Program-made: the position numbers and the translations under genes
DNA from: Mobula hypostoma
Taxonomy: Eukaryota
Assembly (NCBI RefSeq): GCF_963921235.1
Contig: NC_086100.1
Location: forward strand, 152,520,001 to 152,584,000
DNA length: 64,000 bases
Reading direction: 5' to 3'
The notes under the pieces: generated by a model
Told to the model about the DNA's origin: nothing
What the model saw: the letters and a program-made list of their open reading frames with translations, nothing else
Databases searched by the model: none
In this document: positions 12,850 to 26,326 of the stretch, piece by piece
Numbering within the stretch: position 1 is the stretch's first letter
Layout: each line of letters begins with the position of its first letter

Positions 12850-13519
12850 GTACGTTTTTATTGGATTTTGTTTGAATATGAGAATTCTGTTATTGACATT
12901 GACAATAGAAACTATCTTTTTTATATTGTGCATTTCACAATCTGTTCATCCCTTTACAACCAATGACTTATCATTACCCTTATAATGTAGGGAAGGTGGT
13001 AACTCATTTGTACACAGCAAGGTTCCATAATGCAATGAGTATCAGATAATATGATTCATTTATATTGGGTGATACATATTGGCCGGAACTTCTGTGATCT
13101 CCTTTGTATAGTGCCATAGATATCTTTAAATGGGCTTCTGAAACACAGATGTTGCTTCAGTTCAACATTTCCTCTATTTTCCCATCACCCTAGTGCTTGC
13201 TAACCCACAGTGATTCACAGTCAAGCTATGCCCCGATTTTTACATTCTGAGCCTTGTCCTTAAACCCTCCCAGGCCATACCCCTCTCTATCTCTTTAATT
13301 CCCCCTCGTGCACTGTGATAAAGGATCACCTCAAATTTTGGCTTGTTGCTCAACCCTGAATTTCATTACATCTGTATTAGTTTCCTTGCCTTCTTCTGCC
13401 AACATCCCAAGCTCCAGAATTCCCTCCCTGTATATCCTTGCCTTCCCACCTCTTTTCCTTTCTTATAGGCATGTGTTAAAACCTTAGTCTGTGACCAAGA
13501 TTTTGGACATCTGCCCCAA

Positions 13520-14120
13520 CACTGTGCTGAACATAATGCCAAATTAAACTAAACCTCTTCTGCCTAAACTTGATCCATATCCCTCCATTCCCTGAATGTT
13601 CAGTGTCTATCTGAAAGCCTCTTAAATTTCACTGTCATATCTGTTTCCACCATTACCCCTGGCAGCCCATTGCAGGTATCTACCATTCCTTGTGTAAAAA
13701 AAAAACCCACCCCGTACCTTTCCTTTAAACTTTCCCCTGCCCCACTTTAAATGCATGTACTTGATATTTCTACCTGGAGAATAATTCTGACTACCTATGC
13801 CTCTCTTAATGCTACAAACTTCTGTCAGATCTCCCTTCAGCCTTTGACATTCTGGAGAAAGCAATCACAGTTTGTCCAACCTCTCCTTATGGCTCATGCC
13901 CTCTAATCCAGAAAGAATCCTGGTAAACTTCTTCTGCACACTTTCCAAACCTTCCTCATCCTTTACTGGGATGACAAGAAGAGCATACAGTAGCCCGCGT
14001 GCAGCATAACCAAAGTTTTATACAGCTGCAACATGACTCCCTTACTCTTACTCTCAATGCTCTGATCAATGAAAGCAAACATGGCATATTCCTTCTTTAC
14101 CACCGTATCTACATCTGTGG
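13520..14120 (-). mobile_element. CR1 fragment
   Basis: ORF remnant LSPECQRLKGDLTEV...KFKGKVRG. Confidence 0.75.
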
Positions 14121-14522
14121 CCATATTCGAAGTTATTGAATGGCTCTGTGATTTGAGGAAGCATCCTGGTATGTCTTTGCTAGTTTAAGGATGCTGAATA
14201 AACAAAAGCTGTTGTTGGAAGGTGGCAGAGCAGAATTTGGTCCAATAAAAAGCAACACACGCATTCCACTTCTGAAACTTGATTTTGTTAATTTCAATAG
14301 AATCAAATTTCCGAAGAGAGTATAAAACAAGATGAATTACTTCCCACCCCAGATCTCTGACAATTCCTCAGATTTCGTCAGAATAGTACATGAATCCACA
14401 ACCTTATAGGCAGGAGGAATACCATCTAAACCAAGGTGGAAACCAGGCCATAGCAGACAACAAATTCCAGCAGATTTCATTGTAAATTCTGCCTGTTAAT
14501 AGCAAATGTTATTATTTTATAG

Positions 14523-14587
14523 GAAATAATCTTTCACAAAATCATTGATTACATCCTACATGGGAAGGAGGAGATTAAGGTCATTCC
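14523..14587 (+). CDS. PDE6A: PDE6A exon 6 (65 bp)
   Basis: atag|GAA...CC|gtaagt; EIIFHKIIDYILHGKEEIKVIP. Confidence 0.95.
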
Positions 14588-14675
14588 GTAAGTTTTAAAC
14601 ATCTCAGTTGGCAACTTCTTTTTCGGGTGGTAAAATAATATAAATATCCAACTTGTGGTTTTTTCTCTCCTTCAG

Positions 14676-14742
14676 GACTCCTCCTGCGGATCACTGGGCC
14701 TTGGTTAGTGGACTGCCAACTTATGTTGCGGAAACTGGCTTA
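14676..14742 (+). CDS. PDE6A: PDE6A exon 7 (67 bp)
   Basis: tcag|GACT...TTA|gtaagt; [22 protein letters not shown]. Confidence 0.95.
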
Positions 14743-16127
14743 GTAAGTTTTGTTTTCAAAGCCTCTAAAACATTTTGCTAAATACCAACATCTTACCTTG
14801 GAAAACAAATGGAGGAGAGAGATGGAATAATTTATCTACTTAGAGTTGGGGCATGGGTAGTAACAAAGAACACCACCCAGTCAGCCTTGGCAACACATGC
14901 TAGGAAACTGAGAACATGAACTGTGAAGGCAATCCAAAGTAACATTTAATGGGTGATAGCTGCATGTCACAAGAGATAAGGGGGTTACAATTGCCCTATG
15001 GTCAAATGCATTGAAAGTCACTCTCAGTTCTGACTCCAGTGTATTCTGAATGTTCTAGCATGTGAGTAATCCTGCTTAATTTTAAACTTGTTTGTGACAA
15101 ACTTTTCCATAGGCCTCACAACTTGGTCTGTCTCTCAGAAACTGTCTCCAAGCCATTTAATTCCGTACGCTTGGATTTCCTAAGTGGGCTGCTCCTGCGT
15201 AGCCTTTGTTTCATTACCTTTTGCTTCCATCTGAGAGCAACATGTCATTCCACTTGAGCAGCTACTAAAAACGCTGGCGACCCTGCTGTAAGGTTCCCCA
15301 TGTGGAGGTCCACTCCTCTAGCACTGGAGATCCAGGACATAGGCTATGAAGTGATACAGCCACCTGAAGTGCACCAGTGCATACTTCTACCCTGTTTGTA
15401 AACTTTTTGAGACTTTAAAGCTCCTTTGTTTGTTCTGTAGATGCCAATATATTGCATTCTGAAGAGATTCCTTGACTTTTGCAAGGCAATTTGGAAATAC
15501 TTTTGGATTGGAAACCTGGGGTTTCCCATTATCCTGTGGAGTTTTACTTCAACTGTGAATGCTTTTTGTTTAAGACAAAATCCACACATGGAAATCAGCC
15601 TAACTGGCTGACTGGATTCTGATGGAAAAGAAGAACATCCAATCCATGACCCACTGCGGTGAGAGGGTGCACGGTGGGGTCAAGGTTGAAGTGAGGTGAT
15701 ATATGTCAGGTGATGATGCTAAGATGCAACGATACCTTGTGGAGGTGGCAAGTCACCTTCACAAAATGTCTGAACTCATTGACCTTCTCCTGGAAGCCAA
15801 CTTCATCCCACTTCAGTTGAGTTTCCAGAGATTTCGGACACCCATTCTTCCCAGTAAAACAGAGTTAGTTAAGCCAGAGGCTGAATATATTTAGGATGTT
15901 AACCTAGTATTGGAATGATTTCCTCTTTCTTGTTCTCTCCCAGTAAACGTAGAAGATGGCTTGTTGAAGTCAATTTTCCAATACAGTTGGAGCTTTATTT
16001 CCAAGTTAGCCCTTATATCCTCACAATCATTCACGTTTTCATGTTTGTGGACAATGATTGGTGGAATCAGCATTTATCTTATCTAAGCCATCTTGTGCTC
16101 TTTTATGTGGGTTCCTGAAACCTCCGT

Positions 16128-16432
16128 GGCATAGTGACACAACCAGTAGAGTTTCTGCCTCACTGCATCAGAGGCGTGGGTTCAATCCTGGCATGACTTC
16201 GCTGCCTGTGTGGAGTTTTCATGCTCTTCCTGTCACCATGTATGTTTCCCCAGATAAGAATACATGTTCTTCCTGTGTTTGCTTCCACATTACAAAGACA
16301 TGTAGATTCATAGGATGATTGACTGCTGTAAATTGATTCTAACATATCAGCGAATGGTAGAATTTAGACAGGAATTGTTGAGAATATTGGGAGAATAATA
16401 AATCGGGTTAATATATGATTAGTGTAAATGGT
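16128..16432 (+). mobile_element. V-SINE (HE1-like)
   Basis: tRNA-like head with GGTTCAATCC B-box and tgtgtggagtttt V-domain. Confidence 0.75.
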
Positions 16433-16476
16433 AGCTGCTGCCTCTGTGACTAATCTGGTTTGTTATATCTCCTCAG

Positions 16477-16524
16477 ATCTGCAATATCATGAACGCAGCA
16501 GCTGATGAAACTTTCAGCTTCCAG
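16477..16524 (+). CDS. PDE6A: PDE6A exon 8 (48 bp)
   Basis: tcag|ATC...CAG|gtaaag; ICNIMNAAADETFSFQ. Confidence 0.93.
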
Positions 16525-17294
16525 GTAAAGCAGTTATTCGCTAGAACCACAAGCCTACTGACTTCCGCACCCTCTTTAAATCCCAAGCTCTACAATTCAG
16601 AATGACATATTTCAAAAACAAAACTAAATTGTATTTGGATTATTCTGTTCATAATAAGAAACTGGTATTTGTTGCTGTCAATAATTTTATTGCTTTTGGA
16701 TTTGCACAACTATGGCAAACAGGTTTAAAAAAGGATGGAATGTCAACTGTGGAAAATAGCTTTTGACAACTAAAGGGCAACGAGGCCTTCTTCATTTGTA
16801 GTTATGGAAGTAGTTAGAGGCTCAGAACTTATGAGTAATTCCTGAATCCTGAGGACACATGGAAGAGAAATGGTCTGTTTGGGCACTCTTGTAACTCCAA
16901 GCCACTTCAATAATGCCGGTGCCTGGTTGAGCACAAGATAGGTAGGTCAGTGGCAATGGTAGAGATGGAATCACCTGTTACAGCACTATCCTGGGTCATG
17001 TCTGTGGACCCTGACTTATGGACTCATGCATTTCCTAGCTCCCAGTATTAACGTATCAGTGAATTGTGTTTGGGTCCCCTTTTCACTGAACTGGCAAGAG
17101 AAACTGTAACTTGTGTACAGAGGAGATGCAGTGCTGTTTTACTGATAAGTCTCTTTGAAATATGGCTACTTTGAAGATTTCCCTCTCTCTTTGATGAGAG
17201 TTCTGTGAGATTCTCTCACCGCTCACCTCGCGATCTCTGTGCTCTCCTGCTCTTTGACCATGTGTTCATGCAGACTCACTACCACAACCATGCA

Positions 17295-17726
17295 TTCTTC
17301 CTGGGTGCTCACCTCCCTACCTCCCTCCTTTTATTCCATGGTCACTTCCTGGGTGTTCACCTCCCTACCTCCCTCCCTTTATTCCATAGTCACTTCCTGG
17401 GTGCCCACCACCCTACCTCCCTCCCTTTATTCCATGGTCACTTCCTGGGTGCTCACCTCCCCACGTCCCTCCCTTTATTCCATGGTCACTTGCTGGGTGC
17501 TCACCTCCTTATCTCCCTCCCTTTACTCCGTGGTCACTTCCTGGGTGCCCACCACCCTACCTCCCTCCCTTTATTCCATGGTCACTTCCTGGGTGCTCAC
17601 CTCCCCACCTTCCTCCCTTTACTCCATGGTCACTTCCTGGGTGCTCACCTCCCTACCTCCCTCCCTTTATTCCATGGTCATTTGCTGGGTGCTCACCTCC
17701 TTACCTTCCTCCCTTTATTCCATGGT
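17295..17726 (+). repeat. 48-bp minisatellite, 9 copies
   Basis: Unit CACTTCCTGGGTGCTCACCTCCCTACCTCCCTCCCTTTATTCCATGGT; copies start at 17295+48n. Confidence 0.95.
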
Positions 17727-19489
17727 CTATCCTCCCCTCCTACCAGATTCCATCATGTTCAGCCCTTTGTCACTGTCATCCATCACTTCCCAGCTTCTGA
17801 TATCATTCCCAGTCTTCCCTCCCTCGTCTGCCTATCACCTCGCTCACCTAGATCCACATCACCCACCAGCTTCTGTTCCAATCCTTCTCTCCACTATTTT
17901 CTACTCGTTATTCCCCCTCCAGGTGAAGGGTCCCAACCTGAGATTTCCTCTATACATGCCATCTAACCTGTTGAGTTCAACTATTGCTTTGTACATCACT
18001 CACGAATGTGTATACAGTAGTACACACTTTTCCTAAATCAATTGTAAATTGGCAGTTGGGGTTTTGTGTGGTTACTACCAATTTAATGTGCCTGGTGTCT
18101 GGATCAGGCAAAATTAGGCCCATCAGTTGGAAGAGGTGGTAAATCATTAAACTCGATCTCTAGGGATTACCAAACCAAATGGGAACTTCAATCAGGTACC
18201 TCTTGTTATGGTAATGTTTTACACCAAAGTGGCTAACATTTCTGGATGAGAATGATACCGATTAACTCACTGAAAGTTGTCCAAGCTGCAATAAAAGGGA
18301 ATGAAAACAAAGTACTCAGCAGGTCAGGCTAATGAAATAAAATTAACGTCTCAAGTTGGTGATCTTTAATCAGAATTGGGGGATGTTAGCAATAAACAGG
18401 TTTTAAACGACAGAAGAAAACTGAAGTGTGAAGCAATGAAGAAAAAAGAAAGTTTGTGATAGACTGGAAGGCAGGAAAAGTTAAATGAGAAAAGGGATGA
18501 CAGTGCAAATGTATTGGGTGGTTGTGGGATAAGTAAGGAATTAAATGAATAATTCAGGGAGGCTCAAATGATAGAAATAGAATCGATATCTGAGATTATC
18601 TGAGTTAAATTCTGTAGATGTTGAAACAAATCTAAAATAATTTAGCTAACTATTCTACTTCCAGGATGTATTCCTCCCGCAGGTGATTCTTTTGTTTCTT
18701 ATCAATCACTACTCCTTTTCTGTTTTTCATCTTTGGGAAGTATGGATCATGCAGGGAAATACAAAACATCTTTACGACAAATAGTAAGTAAATCAGGGAA
18801 TAGATTGTCCTTTATGCAGCCATCACTAAGGGGTTTTTGGAGAGAGAAGTGTTTGAGAGGGATGGTGAGAGAGCCAAAACAGCAATCACAGTAGCTGCTG
18901 GATCAAAGACTTTTCCTGTTATTTCTGCTATTGACGTAGCATCTTCCAGTCATTTAAGCATTGGAGTTGTTGTCAGTGTTAAGTGTGTTGCATCTTTGTA
19001 TGTAATCACCATGGGGCTCTGTTGCAGAACTGGGAAGAGAGCAAAGTACATTAAAATGGTTCCTAAGTGGAAAGAAAAGAACATTTTTACATTGGGGCAA
19101 GAATTGCATACTGTATTTCAAACTAGTGACTTTTTAAAAATTCATTTCTAGGAATGTGGACTTTGCAGGTTGAGTCAGTATTTAATTTCCCATCCCTTAT
19201 TTCCCTTGATAAGTTGTGATGAGCTGCCTCCTTGAACTGTTGCAGTCCTTGAGGTGTGGGTATACCCACAATGTTGTTAAAGTGGGAGTTTCGTGATTTT
19301 TGCTCATCGACAGTGAAAGAGCGGTGATATATTTACAGAACAAGATGATAAATAGCAAGAGGGTAACCTCCAGGGGTTGGTGTCCTCATACTTTTGCTGC
19401 CACTGTTCTTCTTGCTGAGAGACGGCATGGGTTTGGAAAGTGATATCTAAGGATGCCATTTAAAATATTCTCTTTTCTCCTGCATTCAG

Positions 19490-19639
19490 ACTGAACCTTT
19501 GGATAGCTTTGGATGGACCATCAAAAATGTCCTTTCAATGCCAATAGTAAACAAGAAGGAAGAGATTGTTGGAATCGCTACATTTTACAACAGGAAAGAT
19601 GGGAAACCTTTTGATGAAATGGATGAAGTTCTTATGGAA
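19490..19639 (+). CDS. PDE6A: PDE6A exon 9 (150 bp)
   Basis: tcag|ACT...GAA|gtaagt; [50 protein letters not shown]. Confidence 0.95.
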
Positions 19640-19744
19640 GTAAGTCTCACACCATAACTTTTCATCATATTTGACCAGTTTGATTTTTAGTCTTGAAGTG
19701 ATAACTGATATTTCATTATTCTCTGCCTCTAATTTCACCCCTAG

Positions 19745-19888
19745 TCCTTGACCCAGTTCTTAGGCTGGTCTGTTCTCAACACGGACACATATGATAAAAT
19801 GAACAAGCTGGAATATCGGAAAGACATTGCCCAAGGAATGGTGCTGTATCACGTGAAATGTAGCAAGGATGAAATTCAGGACATATTG
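19745..19888 (+). CDS. PDE6A: PDE6A exon 10 (144 bp)
   Basis: ctag|TCC...TTG|gtaagt; [48 protein letters not shown]. Confidence 0.95.
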
Positions 19889-19934
19889 GTAAGTATTCCA
19901 AGTGTCACCACGCTTCCAGCGTCAACATAGGATG

Positions 19935-20100
19935 TCCATAACTCACTCATCCTAACAATACATTTTTGAAATGTGGGAGGAAACCTATGCAGTCATGAGG
20001 AGAATGTACGAACTCCTTACAGACAGCAGTGGGAAATGAACCCCAATCTTGCAGCAACTGATGTAAAGTGATGTGATAACTGCTATGCCACTGTGTCGTT
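19935..20100 (-). mobile_element. V-SINE fragment
   Basis: tgtgggaggaaacc...gagaatgtacgaactccttacagacagc, reverse V-domain. Confidence 0.65.
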
Positions 20101-21232
20101 CCACCTAATTCATCTAGTGGTCTAATTCAGTGTAGTTAAGATTGATATTTGCACACAGAAGAAAATGGTTTGACAAGTAGTCTTTCAGGAAAGTTATACC
20201 CCTACTATTCTGACAGTGAACTGTGTGTCTCTTCAGATAATCAACAGTAATTGCAATGAATCAGTAAAGCAATAAACCTACAGAATCAAACTGTACAGAA
20301 TGTAGCCATTATCACTAGGGCCACATTTGCCTTCACCTAGTTTTCTGGTACCTCACATGTGCCTAGCAACAACTTCTATCAGGGCCCCAGTAATCCTCTG
20401 CTTTACTTCCTGTAACAGTTTGGAATACATTCCATTGTGTCGTAAGAATTTATTCACCTTTATATCTGGTAAGACATCTGAATACAACCACCATTTCGGT
20501 GTTAACATGTCCCGGATTACCTGTACCTCTCCCTGAAAAATGTAACTTCAGTGAATATAAATAAGAAGTATTCAGTAAAGACCTCTCAGGCTCCATGCAC
20601 AAATTGCCCCTTGGGTTCTCTTTCCCTAGTTATCTTCTTGATCTCAACATATTTATAAAATCCCTTGGGATTTACTTTAATCTTGTCTGCCAGATGATAT
20701 TGTTTGCCCCATTTGTCCCCCCTACACATTCTAAACCCCCGGAGGGCCTCACCTGTTTTCAGTGTTCAGTACCTGTAACCTGATTCAGTTTTCTTCCTGC
20801 ATCAAGCCCTCAATATCCCTTGACAGCTAGGGCTTCATGGACTTATGTTCCTTAGCTTTCACCCCTACAGGTACCTGTTGGCCCTGAATTCTCACTACTT
20901 CAGCTTTAAAAGGCTTCCATTTGTCAGAAATATATTGACCCACAAACTCAAAATTTACTTTTTTTCTGGGCCTTGTCTTGTAATACTGAAATTACCTTTA
21001 CTATCATTCATGTCCTTAATTTCTGGACCACTCTTTTCCCTTCCCACAACTACCTTGTTACCTTGTAACATATAGAGTTACGGTCATTATCCTGAAGATG
21101 CTTGTCCACAAACATTTCAATCACTTGCCTGACTTTGTTCCCTAAATATTAGGTCCTGTACAACTTCTGCTATCTGCATACTGGCACAAAAAGCTCTCCC
21201 CAATGTATTTTACAAATTCTACCCCCTCTAAA

Positions 21233-22068
21233 TTCTACCTAGATGGGATAAAAATTGAAGGTGTTAACATCTACAATATAAGACATGCAGACGATACCAC
21301 CCTAATGGCAAGCGCTGCAGAAGACCTACAAATCCTCCTGGACAAAGTAGTACAAACAAGTACAGATTTTGGTCTAACCGTGAACTGTAAAAAAAACAAA
21401 TGTATGGTAATATCAAAACAGCAGGATGCTCCCAGCTGCCAATTGTACATCGGTAACCAAGAGATTGAACAAAAGACCAGCTTTAGTTACCTTGGTAGCT
21501 TTAAAGACAAGATCACAAGATGCTAGAAGTAAAGTAGAAATAAAAAGAAGAATTGCCATTGCCAAAACCAACTTCCAAAAAATGAAACCCATTTTTACCA
21601 ACAGACACATTTCTATGACAACAAGGCTCAGGCTACTAAAATGTTACATCTAGTCAATCTTGCTGTATGCTTCCGAAACATGGACTATAACACTAGAACT
21701 CCAAAGAAACTTAGAAGCAACAGAAATGTGGTTTCTTAGAAGAATGCTGAAAATATCATACAGAGATAGGGTAACTAATGAGTCAGTATTCCAACGTGGC
21801 CATACAAAAAGATCTTTAATGAGAGGAAACTTAAATTCCTGGGCCATGTCATCAGAAAGGGAGAAATAGAATGCCTTACATTACAAGGCTGTATGCCTGG
21901 GAAACGCAGAAGAGGAAGGCGAAGAAGAAAATATATGGACACTGTGAAAGAACTAACAGATCTAAGTGTGCGAGATATCATTGATGCTGCATGGGATTGT
22001 TCGATGTGGAAAGCCATGATCACCCGAGCGTGTAACGCGCAAGGCGCATGAAGAAGAAGAAGAAGAAG
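21233..22068 (+). mobile_element. RTE-clade LINE, 5' truncated
   Basis: NIRHADDTTL RT motif, RRIAIAK, LLYASETW; (GAA)n tail; 12-bp TSD ACCCC(C/G)TCTAAA at 21221-21232 and 22069-22080; sits in an older CR1. Confidence 0.9.
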
Positions 22069-22460
22069 ACCCCGTCTAAAGCCTTCACACTAAGACAAGG
22101 GATATTGGGGAGGTGAACCTTATTGCTCCAACTGCTCTCATTGATCTGCTCTTCAGTTTCCTGCTGACTGTTGGGAGGCATGTGATATAATGCCAGCAAA
22201 ATGATCACTCCTTTCCTTTTATTCCTAAGCTCTATCCACTCAATTTTTCAAAAAGCCTTGTAGGAAGTCCTCCCTCATTACTGAACGTTCTCTTTAACCA
22301 ATATTCTAATGGCACTTCCCCTTTTACTTCCCCAGAAGGCCCAAAGCTTGAAGATCAAGTTTCCAGTGCTTCCATTTTTTTTACCATGTTGCTTTAGTTC
22401 TACCAATCTTTGTACTGCATTTGTGTGGACTATGATATTTGTAAGATAACCTGATTGATT

Positions 22461-22670
22461 AGCTGGCTTCTGGTGTAGTGCCACCAGCACCGGGCTTCAA
22501 AGTGGATGGTCCCAGGTTCGAATCTGGCCGGCCCCTTGCACACTTCCCATCTGTGCTGGGTCGAGCATTGAGCTGGCAACTTGGCCTCATAAAAAATCAG
22601 GCAAATGCTAAGGAAGCAGCAAAAAAATGCTGCCCAGTGCATCACAAAGCACGAAAAGGAACAGCAACCT
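22461..22670 (+). mobile_element. tRNA-derived SINE
   Basis: A-box TGGTGTAGTG, B-box GGTTCGAATC. Confidence 0.7.
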
Positions 22671-22883
22671 TATGAATTCCATTCTATCAAGTTAAAATAT
22701 GAAATAAATAACGCAGCAAGAAACTGCAAAGTAATTCCCTTGGAACAGTCATTACAGTGATTATTAGAGTATTAGATCCACTATTATAGATTAACGGCTT
22801 GGACATAGGAACTGAAATCATGGCATTAATTCCAAATTGTTAAAATAACTTGCAGCAGTATCACTGGCACGGAGTATCGCATA

Positions 22884-24420
22884 CAGTGCTTTGAAAAAAG
22901 CTTTCAGACCCCACAACTATTTTCACATTTTACTGTATCATTTTCTAACTGTAAAATATATTGAGGTTGGATTTTTGAAACTAATCTACAAAACATTGTG
23001 CATCATATCAAATCAAAAAATATATTCCAAATTCTGTTAACAAGTTACTAAAAATTAAAGACCAAAATTGTGAGGCTGAAAAAGTATCCATCCCCTTTGT
23101 AACTGCTATGTTAATTTTACTCAGGTGCAACACTGTATATTACCTTACCAACTCACCCAATTTGTTGATGTAGGAAATTGGAAGATCTTCTGTTTTCAAT
23201 AGAATAATTACCCTCTCGCCTTGTAAAGTCCAGCAGTGTGGTAGATTTTCAACAGACCAAACCTAATGAAGGCTAAAGAGCATTCAAGACAAGTCAGGGA
23301 AATGATAACAGAGAAGCACAAATCTGAGGAAGGGTACAAGGCCACTTTAAAGACACTGAACATACCTCGGAGCTCAGGGTAGTCTATTGTGAAAACGTGG
23401 AAAAACTATAAAACCACAGCCACACGGCCTAGGTCAGGCTGCCCCTCTAAATGTAGTCACCAGAGAAGAATGTCACTTGTAAGAGAGGTACTGTGATGCC
23501 AACCGTCACTCTGAACAAGCTGCAGAAGTCAGTGGCTGTAAGTGGAGTTGCATTTCATGGCTCCACAATCTCTAAAGTCTTGCACAAAAAGGGTATTTCT
23601 GGAAAAGTGGCAAGGAAGAAGCCCTGGCTAAAAAAAAAAGCATATCCTTGCCCATAAAGACTTTGTAAAGCATCATTTAGAAGATCCTGTAAAGATGTGG
23701 AGAAAGGTTTTGTGGCTGGATGAGACTAAAGTGCAAATTTTTGGCCTCAACTCTCAGTGGTACATGTGGCGTAAATCTCATACTGTGCATCAGCCAGGTA
23801 ATTCCATCCCTACTGTAAAGTATGGTGGAGTAGCATCATGCTGTGGGGATGCTTTTCAGCAGCAAGGACTGGAAATCTGATCAGGATTGATGGGAAGATG
23901 ATTGCAGCTAAATACAGAGAGATCCTGGATAAAAACCTGCTAGTCTCTGCCGGAAAGCTTAAACTGGGGAGGAAGTTCATTTTTCAGCAGCACACTGTCA
24001 GGGCAACCATGGAGAGGCTTCAAATGAAGAAAACTGATGTCCTTGAGTGGCCTAGTCAGAGTGCTAACCTTAACCTGATCAAACATCTCTCGCAAGAACT
24101 CAAGATTACTGTCCATCACCGCTCCCCAACTAAACGGGCACACCTTGAACAATTTTGCAAGGAAGAATGGGGAAATCTCGTTCCATCATATTGGGCAAAG
24201 CTAATAGAGACTTATCCAAAAAGACTACTAGCTGTAATAGCTGCGAGAAGTGGTTCAACTAAGTACTGAACAAAGAGGGATGAATACTTTAGAACTGCTG
24301 ACATTTCAGGAGCATGTGATTCACAAATAAAACTTATCAGTTAAATTGATCAAAATCCCTGGTTGTAATACACATTTATGTGAACAAAGGGTTGGGGCTG
24401 CATACTTTTTCAAGGCATTG
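22884..24420 (+). mobile_element. Near full-length defective Tc1/mariner transposon (IR/DR type)
   Basis: TA TSDs (22882-83, 24421-22); TIRs CAGTGCTTTGAAAAAAG / rc CAATGCCTTGAAAAAG; inner DRs at ~23078 and ~24270; transposase pseudogene 23266-24269 (WLDETK, TVKYGG, LWGCF, WPSQS). Confidence 0.93.
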
Positions 24421-24987
24421 TATACAAGATTTATGATAAAAACAAATTATACAAAATTATACAAGAACACAATTAGAACAAAATAATTTAAATGGAATAT
24501 GGATGATCTGTACTACATTCCCATTTACTACTACCTAATAAAAATGAACTTATAAGAGTTTTGAAAGCTCCAATGAACTCAGCAACCATAACTATTTGGA
24601 GAGTAAGTTGTAGATTTCTACTACCCTTTAATGTGGTGAGTATGTTTCCTGATTTCCCTGCCTACTACCAGTATTCCATATTTGAGATTTTGACCTCCTT
24701 AAACTTCCTTGATCAATAGAAGCAGTTGCCTTCTATAAACACCTTCAGGCAAGAAGTTAACTTTGCATAGTGGCCTGCTCAGCCATTGAAGCAATAATTT
24801 TGTCTGATCAATATAAAGCTGCCATAAGCTGGTCAATATGATAATCTAAATTCAATTTGCATCACTTAATTTAACTGCACTAAGTAGCATCAACTCTGAT
24901 TCAAACAGTGACCATTCTCGTAGCTAATACTCAGGAATAAAAATTTAATCATTTGTGCGATCAATAAATCTTGTCCTTTGTTACCAG

Positions 24988-25053
24988 CCAACAAGGAAAT
25001 ATTTTGGAAAAGAGCCCAATGAATGTGAAGAAGAAGAATTGCAAGAACTCCTG
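24988..25053 (+). CDS. PDE6A: PDE6A exon 11 (66 bp)
   Basis: ccag|CCA...CTG|gtaaga; PTRKYFGKEPNECEEEELQELL. Confidence 0.93.
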
Positions 25054-25199
25054 GTAAGACATTCCTGATTGCTGATGCTCGAAGCATTATAAAATTGGGC
25101 TGTCATGTAAAAACAACATTAAACCTGCTATCTATCAGGGCAAAGAGGTGACATGCACAAGTTGATACGCAAATTTGTAAGTTGAGATGCCTGTTACTA

Positions 25200-25812
25200 G
25201 ATCATCAGCAGTGAGAAAAAGTTAGTTTTAAGTTACTTCTGTAACTATATTCTGAGTTATGATAAAGCATCTTGACCTGAAACATCAACTTGTTCAAACT
25301 TTAATTCCCCATCTCACTCCCACTCTGACATCCCTGCCTGCCATCTCCTGCACTACTACAACAAGGTTGAGGAACAATACTTCATCTTCTGACTGGTTAT
25401 GTGGGAGTCATCTGAACTCTATGAACTCCAACTTTAGTTAACTCAATCTATCTTTCCCTCTAGGTCACAGCTGGCCATTTCTGCCAGTCATCCATCTCTC
25501 ATTTTGGCTGAGGTTTTAACTTTCTGCTGGACATGTTCCACACCTTTACTATTTTCAAACCATTAAACTGACAAAGTAGCATTATCTTATTCTAAATCTC
25601 ACATTAACTCATTTAGTCACATCCTATCAGAGACATTTTTGTTCTATTCTTCCCTCCCTTCATTCTCCAAATGAAAATTAACTTGTTTTCTCTCTCACCC
25701 AGTTCCAACAAATGGTCTCAGACCTGAAACGTTAACTCCACTTCACTTTCCACAGATGTGGCCTGACCTGCTGAGTGTTTCCAGCATTTTCAGTATTTAT
25801 TTCATAGTTTCC
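25200..25812 (+). mobile_element. Degenerate Penelope-like element terminal region
   Basis: ttggaggaacaatac-like GIY-YIG remnant and cacagatgtggcctgacctgctgag terminus; two decayed hammerhead motifs. Confidence 0.6.
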
Positions 25813-26326
25813 AAGACAGTTCTGGTTAGACACTTTATCCTCCCATGTTCTCTCTTAACCCCTCCATTCAAAGTCTATGAGGGTTGAGGCTGAGATTGTT
25901 GCCATGGAGAACAAAATTCTTTCATGCTTATTCCACCATTAAGACCTTCAGCAGCATTGTAAATAATAATAATATGAAGCTTTCTATAATAACCAGTTAA
26001 ATATTTAATGATGAGTTCTCCAGATAAATTAGATGGATTTATTAACAAAGATGATTTCAATATTTTATTGATATCAATTAATATTTTCATTATTGAATTA
26101 CAGTGCAAAAATGAAATTGGTATTTAATAACCTTCCAAAATTTTTATATGTCATTTTCAGATGAGTAAAACTACAGCTATGATGAGACTTAGACTACTTA
26201 ATCATACAGACACAACTCTCTCCTAAATCCATTTTCCTTTAGAAGAATGAGTATGAGAACAGCAGGCCAACACACTTCCGCAATAGTACTGACTAAATAA
26301 TCTGACAAAATCATCTTATTTTCCAG

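Noticed and set aside
17295-17726. CRISPR-like array
   Set aside because: Head-to-tail units with no unique spacers; vertebrate intron
17205-18036. 253-aa and 265-aa ORFs as protein-coding genes
   Set aside because: They arise from a stop-free 48-bp minisatellite, use GTG starts and have no splice or domain support
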